From: the human T2T-CHM13v2.0 reference genome, Homo sapiens
Length of the DNA stretch: 64,000 nucleotides
Assembly (NCBI RefSeq): GCF_009914755.1
Contig: NC_060947.1
Direction: 5' to 3' (one strand)
Part shown: piece after piece, positions 56,585 through 64,000 of the stretch
How positions within the stretch are numbered: position 1 is the stretch's first letter
Layout: every line of letters starts with the position of its first letter
Notes under the pieces: generated by a model
Database searches by the model: none
Seen by the model: the letters and a program-made list of their open reading frames with translations, nothing else
What the model was told of the DNA's origin: nothing
Made by a program: the position numbers and the translations under genes

Positions 56585-56861
56585 AAATATTCTCCCTTAT
56601 AAGTGGGAGCTAAACATTGAGTACACATGTTCACAAAGAAGGGAGAAAGAGACACCGGGACCAACTTGAGGGTGGAGAGTGGAGGAAGATGAGGATCGAA
56701 AAACTACCTATCAGGTACTATGCTTATTACCTGGGTGACAAAATAATCTGTATATCAAACTCCCTTGACACAAAATTTACTTATAGAACAAACCTGCACA
56801 TGTACCCCTGAAACTAAAAGTTAAAATATTATTAATAATTACTATTATAATACATTAAAAA
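56585..56861 (+). mobile_element. Short L1 3' end (old L1PA/L1PB-like)
   Basis: L1 3' UTR ending aacctgcacatgtacccctgaaactaaaag. TSD ggatctatctt at 56570-56580 and 56862-56872. Confidence 0.85.
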
Positions 56862-57108
56862 GGATCTATCTTACTGATTTTGCTTTCTTAGGTCTTCTTC
56901 TATATATTTACTATGTTTTTGTCCACCTGACATGTCTTGAACTGAAAGTGGTGGGTCAAAATTTCCTAATCTAGTAGGGCTTATGAGTACAGTATTCTCT
57001 GAGTTCTTGCATGTTTAAAGTATTTTTCTAGATCCTTAATAATTAAAGAATAACTGGTTTGAATAAAATCCTTGGCTCATACTCTTTCTTGAGTTATTTG
57101 AAAATTCT

Positions 57109-57432
<324 letters not shown>

Positions 57433-60400
57433 ATGCTGCTCTACTCTTACCTTGCTTTGTCTGTTGTCAAGATGTCTAATTTCAATCTGATTTTCTTTCT
57501 TTTACAAATGACTCCTCCCACTAAAAGGCCCAGAGATGATTATAAATAATAATTGAAGTTTAATATTTTTAGTAGCACATGACTAGGAGTTGATAGTTTT
57601 GAGTCAGTTTTTGAAGGTACTTGGAGGTAATTCCAAGGTATTAAAGGTTGTGCCCTTCAATACTTACAGTCAGGCCTATTATTTCTGGAAAATTTTCTTT
57701 GATTATAGTTTTAAATATTAGTTTTATTTCATTGTTTTGTTTTTCTTCTTTGGGAACCATTAATATAATTATATGTAGTTTGTATTTATTTGACTATCTT
57801 CTACAGCAATTATTTTCTCTGATCTTTTCTTAAACTTCTTTCTTTATTTCAATTTCGTTCCCTTTGCTATTCAAGTGCCTTTCATCATTGCATCTTTTTC
57901 ATTTTAATATCTTTTCTCCCTTCGTCATCAGTCAGTATAGTATTCATTTTCACGATGGGTTTATCTTTTTCTTCAATTTATTCCCTGAGTTTAGTCAACT
58001 CTCATTTTGTACATTTCTGTTCTGAGTTTTAAACTTTATCATTTGAGCCTTTTTCATATCTTCAAATGTTTGTTTAAGGCTTATTAGGACTGAGATGTTT
58101 TATTGCTGTTTTTTTCTGCTTTGGGGTTGGCTATTAGAAGTTTTTTTTTTAATCAAATGAAATGATTAATTCTTATTTTCTAGTTCCTTCTTATAGAGCT
58201 TTGTGTAGGTGTTGTCTCCCTTTTATGTTCATTCTGAAATATTTTAGTTTCCTGGACCAGTAATAGGAGTTGTATGTAAATAGGAATCAGGAGTTTGGTG
58301 ACTTGTTAGATTACTAGAATTATTAGTTCTTATTAAAGTGTAGCTTTTAAAATCAATAATGGCTTTTGGATAGGGGGTTTGGTAGGTCGCTTAATTTTGT
58401 GATTCACTTTTATTTTTGCTGTATCCTGAAATTATACCTCTTGCTTTCTTCTTTCTCTTCACCACCAAGCCTCCAAAGGACATCTCTTCCAAGTTAATGC
58501 CCCCATGCCCTCAGAGGTTGTGCCTTCCCAAGGCTACCAACTTTACTTCTGTGAACTTTAAAGTACATTCCTTTCCATTTTCAGTAGCCATTGCTCTCAT
58601 ATGCCAGGTCTGAGATTGTTCAAACAGTTTTTTAATGGGAGTAATTCTTCTTTTTAATGGGAGTAATTTGATCAAGTCTGCCATAGCTGGGCCCTAGCTC
58701 TCATGTCTTCTTTTCCATTTAGCCTCTATCTGACTCTCAGTCCTGGCATGGGCTACAGAGACAACTCTGAGTAATTTGGGTGCTTATTTCTCTACCTATG
58801 TGTAATCTGAAGTTTGTAGAATTATCTATCTCCTATTTATGTTATTGAGTGGGTTACAGGTGGTTTTACTTGCTTCCCTTCTGCATTTGAATTTCTTTTT
58901 GAATAAGGGAATGGAGAGATTTGGATTTAAAAGGCCAATGTTACCCTATGGGAACCCAGAACTCACTGTTAATATTTATTTTTACGTTTATATAATACAT
59001 ATGCAGACACACATACCTGAACATTGTGTACCCAGTATCTATAACACATTCATTTGAAACAAGTCTCTAATAATGGGTATGAAATATAATTTTACTGCAT
59101 GCTGTTCTTTACGTTCAGTTCCATGCATCTATGAGAGAGTCATCCATGGTTAGGGCCATGATTTGTAACTGTGGATAAATCCAGGTGTACTAACAGGGTG
59201 ACTGTGTTGTATTCTTAGGCATGTTTTCCTGCCCTTCACATAATTTCTCCACCTGGATTTTTAAGGCTTGGAAATTCATAGTGAGTATCTCACTTCTTTG
59301 GCTTAAAGTAGTGATGGCAAATATATTTCAACTTCTGAGTTGACTCTAATTGCAGAACCTAGACTTTTTTAGAATTAACACTTTGTCTCCTGATAAAGTG
59401 CAAATTACGTAACGGAGATATAATACACTTATCTTTGTTATAGCCATTTATACCTCAGTGTGAGTTATTTTATTATGTGGCTTCAGGCTTAGATATCTAC
59501 ATAGAAGGAAGGCAGATAATATAAAAGAGTGAAGAGGGTAGGATGGGTATTCGATGGACTGGAGCGTTCATGGTCCTATTTAGCCCCAGTTGATGGTTCT
59601 CATACTATTTTTGCCACAACAAAGACTGAAATAATACTTGACACATAGTAGGTACTCAATAAATGCATGGGGAAATGGGAGAATGCCGGGCCAGGGATGA
59701 CAGATCTATTTTTAAAGAGAAACAAGACATTTTATGTAAAACCTCTTGACCTAAGATTCAATTCTGAATTCAGGTTTTGTTAGGAAGTAGAAGACAGGAC
59801 TAAGTTCCTGATTTGGGGAGGGAAACGCAAAGGGAGATTGAGACTATGGGCTTTGGTAATGAAACAGAACAGAACTGAACTGACAGATTGAAATAGTAAC
59901 TGAGCCCATGACCTCAGCCTCATTAGCGAGAATGCTACTGAGGCAGTCAGTGAGTAATCCAAATATTTTTATTTCTTTCCTACCTACTCAAATCACAAAA
60001 GACATATGCACTGTAATTGCCTATAAAAAAGAACTATATTCTTTAATTTGCTATGCATGCTAACAATGAATTATGCTTCTTTTAGGCCAAAATATGTCCC
60101 TACCACTGGACTCCACAGTCTTCATTTTTTGAAAGTCTATTTAACTGTGATTGCCCATTGAACCTCTTATTTTTAAAATTGAGGGATTTTTTTTTTCCTT
60201 CCAGTTAATGGGTTATACATTTAATAGTTCATTGATTCAAAAGACTAGATTGTTGCCTATCAGCAAAAAGATTTATATGATGGCTAACCCAAGTTATATA
60301 ATGGCAGAATTTGTTCAGAGAAACCAAACTAAAAACATACAGAGGCAGGAAAAGAAACCAAAGATACTAATGGTTTGTTTGGGTTTTGTACAATCTTAGA

Positions 60401-61939
60401 ACAGGCTGTGTTTTAGGCATGACAAAGAAAGGATCTATTTGTACCATCTGGCTTTCAATACTCCCACAGTCTCCTATGTTGGTAAATCTTAAGTAGTGCT
60501 ATCTCTACAACATTCTATGAGATAATATTGGAGCATGTGCTATTATAGCCTGGAGTAGCATTGAATATTTCCAGTCCTTTACATTTTCCCACTGGTATAA
60601 GAACTTTCACCTCTAAAGAGCCAAATAGTTCAAGTAGGTTCAAAAGTCATCTGATTCTTCAACTACTTATCGACTGATTGAGGCTAGATTTACCACTACA
60701 ATCAGACATTTAAAAAGAAAAACTTCTTGACTCTCTGCTAGGTGGTACAAAAACCAGTGAACTATTTGTTAGCTTCAGAGGATTAGGGTTCAATAGGTTT
60801 CTATGTCTGGAGGTAGCACATGATCTTTAACAAAACCACTCCATTTCAAAAATTTCCACTTTCTTTCATAGTGCAATATACTTGTTCCTAGTTTCTTGAC
60901 AGCTGGTATCTCTCTCTCTCTCTCCTCTCTCTCTTAAGCATTGTACAACTAGTATTGGCTTAGCTGCTTGTTATGAGTAAAATCCAAAATCTTTTATCTG
61001 CTCTCTTTATTTAATATTATTTTCATTTAACTCCATAATTTTATTAGTTAATTCTGCAAAGTATTTGTGGATATGATATATATAAAAGACTGCATTATTG
61101 TTATTTGCCATATTTAATATCTACGCTTAATTAAAATTAAAGTTCAAAACCAAAGGAAATGTAGATTCATAAGTGAACAAAGGGTAAAACTGAATTAAGA
61201 ACGTTGAATAATGGGCTATTTGATTTAATGAAACCTATGACTACCAAAGAGCAAAGTCTTTGTCTGTGTAGCACAGAATGGTTGCAGTCAAAAATCACAT
61301 TTCCATTCATTTTTGACCAGAGCTGCAGCTAGTTTATCTGAGAGCTCAACCACCTCCTCTGGTATTCTATGTATATATGCTAGCCTACAGTTCCCTGATC
61401 ATTTGATCAGGAAAGCTCCTTTAATATGAGCTAAATGAAATAGAAGCAAGAGTGCTTTTCAAAGTGCCAGATCATATATCTTTTCTTCCTGTTAAGAATT
61501 TCCCATTGTCACATCCAACCCAATAATCAAACATTTGTGAGGCCCTTCCTTAGAAACTCTTGACTAAGCAATTACCCTGGAAGTTAACTATAACACAGTA
61601 CACAAGGTCTATGTTAATTAGACTGGCAACGCTTTGATGAGGCTTTGACGAGTAGAAAATTACAGTGAGCCATCTTGGATCCTCTTAATTTGTTCATTAC
61701 TGTCCCATAGAGAGGAGTAGGAGCCCCAAGGAAGGTGTTCCTGAGAAGTTACACTGTAATCTGAAATTCCACGTGGGTCTTGCCTGTATGGAGGATGCAA
61801 TACAAACTAGTGCTATTATTTAAATGCTATCTGTACTTTGGTGTAATTTGTTAATGGGCTTGTAAGTCTACCCAGGAAAGACTACTTTGTGGGATCATAC
61901 CTAGACAAGAATCTAGCCTTCCATGAACAAATGACTTAG

Positions 61940-62426
61940 TCTTAGTACTTCTTTATTGCCCTTAAAAATTACTGAAGATGCCAAAGAGCTTTTGGTGACA
62001 TGAGTTATATCTACATTAGAAATTAAAATGGATAATTTTTAAGTATTTATTAATTTATTGAATAATATATAGATACCATTACATTTTAACATAAATGACA
62101 CATTTTGTAATAAATAATTATATAGTATTTTGCAAAACCCAAAAAATTAGTGAGAATAGTGGCATTGTTTTACATTTTTGAAGTTCTCTTTCATGTTTGG
62201 CTTAACGAAAAACAGGCGGACTCTCATAGCTACTTTTGCATGTAAATTCTTGTGATTTCACATGTCATGTGGTCTCTGAAAAACTACACTGTACACTCCT
62301 GAGAGAATTACAGTAAAAGAGATAAATAACACTTTTATGGTATTATGAAAATAGTTTTACTTTATAGATGCTTTGACAGGTCTTGGAATTCCTAGTGGTT
62401 GCTAGACCTCACATTGAGAACCACTA
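61940..62426. mobile_element. Charlie1-like hAT transposon end
   Basis: ccaaagagcttttg...atgaaaatagtttt...cacattgagaaccact. Confidence 0.6.
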
Positions 62427-64000
62427 TTTTATCTTCACCATAGAATGTTTTCTTCCAATCTTTCTAGTTGTTTCTTCATAGTCTGCTTAGCAGATTCCTT
62501 TTCCCTGGGCTTCTTGAACACCAGTATTTCCCAGAGTTCAAGTCTTCATACTCCTTTTTCCTTCCTACTCCTACGATTTTGGTGTCCTCAACGGTAGTTA
62601 CCTCCAAAGTTTCAGCACCAAATATTTAATAATGTTCTAGGTATCTCTACCTGTAGGTCCATTTTCACCCTTAAGCCTCTTCCTTCCATTTGCTATCTAT
62701 CTTGACTAATAGCATCACCATCTACCCAGTCCCTAAGCCAGATAACAACATTCTCTCCTGATACATCTTATTAGTCACTAAGTCAAGTGAGTTTTATCAT
62801 TTAAATATTTCTCCATTCCATCTCCTCCTTCTCCATTACCAGAAGTTTATGCTCTCACTATCACTAATCTGTATTACTAATATAGTCTTCTAATTTATCT
62901 CCATGTTTTCAATTTTACAAACCCATCGTCCTGCCTGCCAAACCCAACTTCAATACTGCCATTAGGGTGATTTTTCTAAATGTAAGTCTGAGCAAATAAT
63001 TGTCTTGCCCTAATGAAAAACCACAACAACTCTCCATTTGTTCTGGGAATAAATTTCAAGGTCCTTACCATGGCTTAAAATGCCTTCCATAATCAGCTCC
63101 TGCTTACCGTCTTCATTTCCTGCCACCTTTCTGTATCTTTCCTTTTTTGCTTCCCCAGGTATTGCAATATATTTGTATTTATTAAAACATACTATGCTTT
63201 TCAACCTTTCTGTGAAGCAAATATTGCTGAACCCTAAATGGATAAGCCTCCACCCTGTAAGATGCCACCTGTTAGTGTTGACTATGATAAATCAGATATT
63301 TTGTTGGTGATACTGGCCCTCCCCACTCTGGCTGTTCTAGATAAAAATTTAGTCATATTTCTGAAGTTTAAAATGGGTTAACCTGCCATCTGTTTAAAAG
63401 CCATTGCTCTAATTTAGTTTATTCTTATTCACTTCAGAGTAAGTATAGCTTAACGACTTATGCAATGTGGCTCTAAAATATTCACATATCTATGTATGCA
63501 CTATATATACAATTTGGGTGGAGAGAAACTGAGTTAAACAGGAGCTAAATTTCTTCTTTATGAAATAGAATTCAAGTTATTTACTGTGAAGTCATAGATT
63601 TCTTGAGAGATTTTTTTTTTGGTCTGAGTTTGCATGATTGATTCTTACTGTTCTAAAATGTCTTAAGCATGCAAAACTCCAAAATGACTAACCTCCTGTC
63701 CAGTCCCCCTTTATTATGCCTACCAGTAGATCTTTATCTATTTCACAGAGTCTCATTTTAATTTTCCTAGCCGGGCTAAGAAAGTACTGTATGAGAAGTA
63801 CTTAGTAGAGTGATTGCCTCTCCTTGAGACAATAATCTCTTGATGCAAGACATATATTTAGTATCTACTACTTGTTCACCCAATAAATTATTTCTCTTAC
63901 TCTGTGTCTTAAATACATTCTGGAGTTCTAAGAAAAAAAAATAAGTGCAGTATTTGCCTTTCACCAAGATGCCCTTAGTCTGAACAACAGGACCTAACTC

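Overview
Primate (most likely human) genomic DNA, AT-rich and mostly intronic. The minus strand carries six consecutive internal coding exons of teneurin-1 (TENM1/ODZ1, Xq25 in human): 36071-36223, 17970-18169, 16300-16510, 11095-11196, 9529-9723 and 6177-6377. All have canonical AG/GT ends and join in one frame (1062 nt, 354 codons), encoding the juxtamembrane stalk and EGF repeats 1-5. The 102-nt exon is missing from the ORF track. The rest is intron filled with Alu, L1, L2, MIR, LTR and DNA-transposon remnants, microsatellites and an RPS26 processed pseudogene. I see no new biological system. The most interesting local signals are a CAGCAG tandem acceptor, a stop-free EGF exon block flanked by inverted Alus, a multi-layer nested L1/Alu/RPS26-pseudogene stack with a chimeric 80-85 bp triplication, a twin-primed L1 and several fold-back structures. 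Repeat family calls come from recalled consensus sequences, not alignments, and the boundaries of old repeats are approximate.
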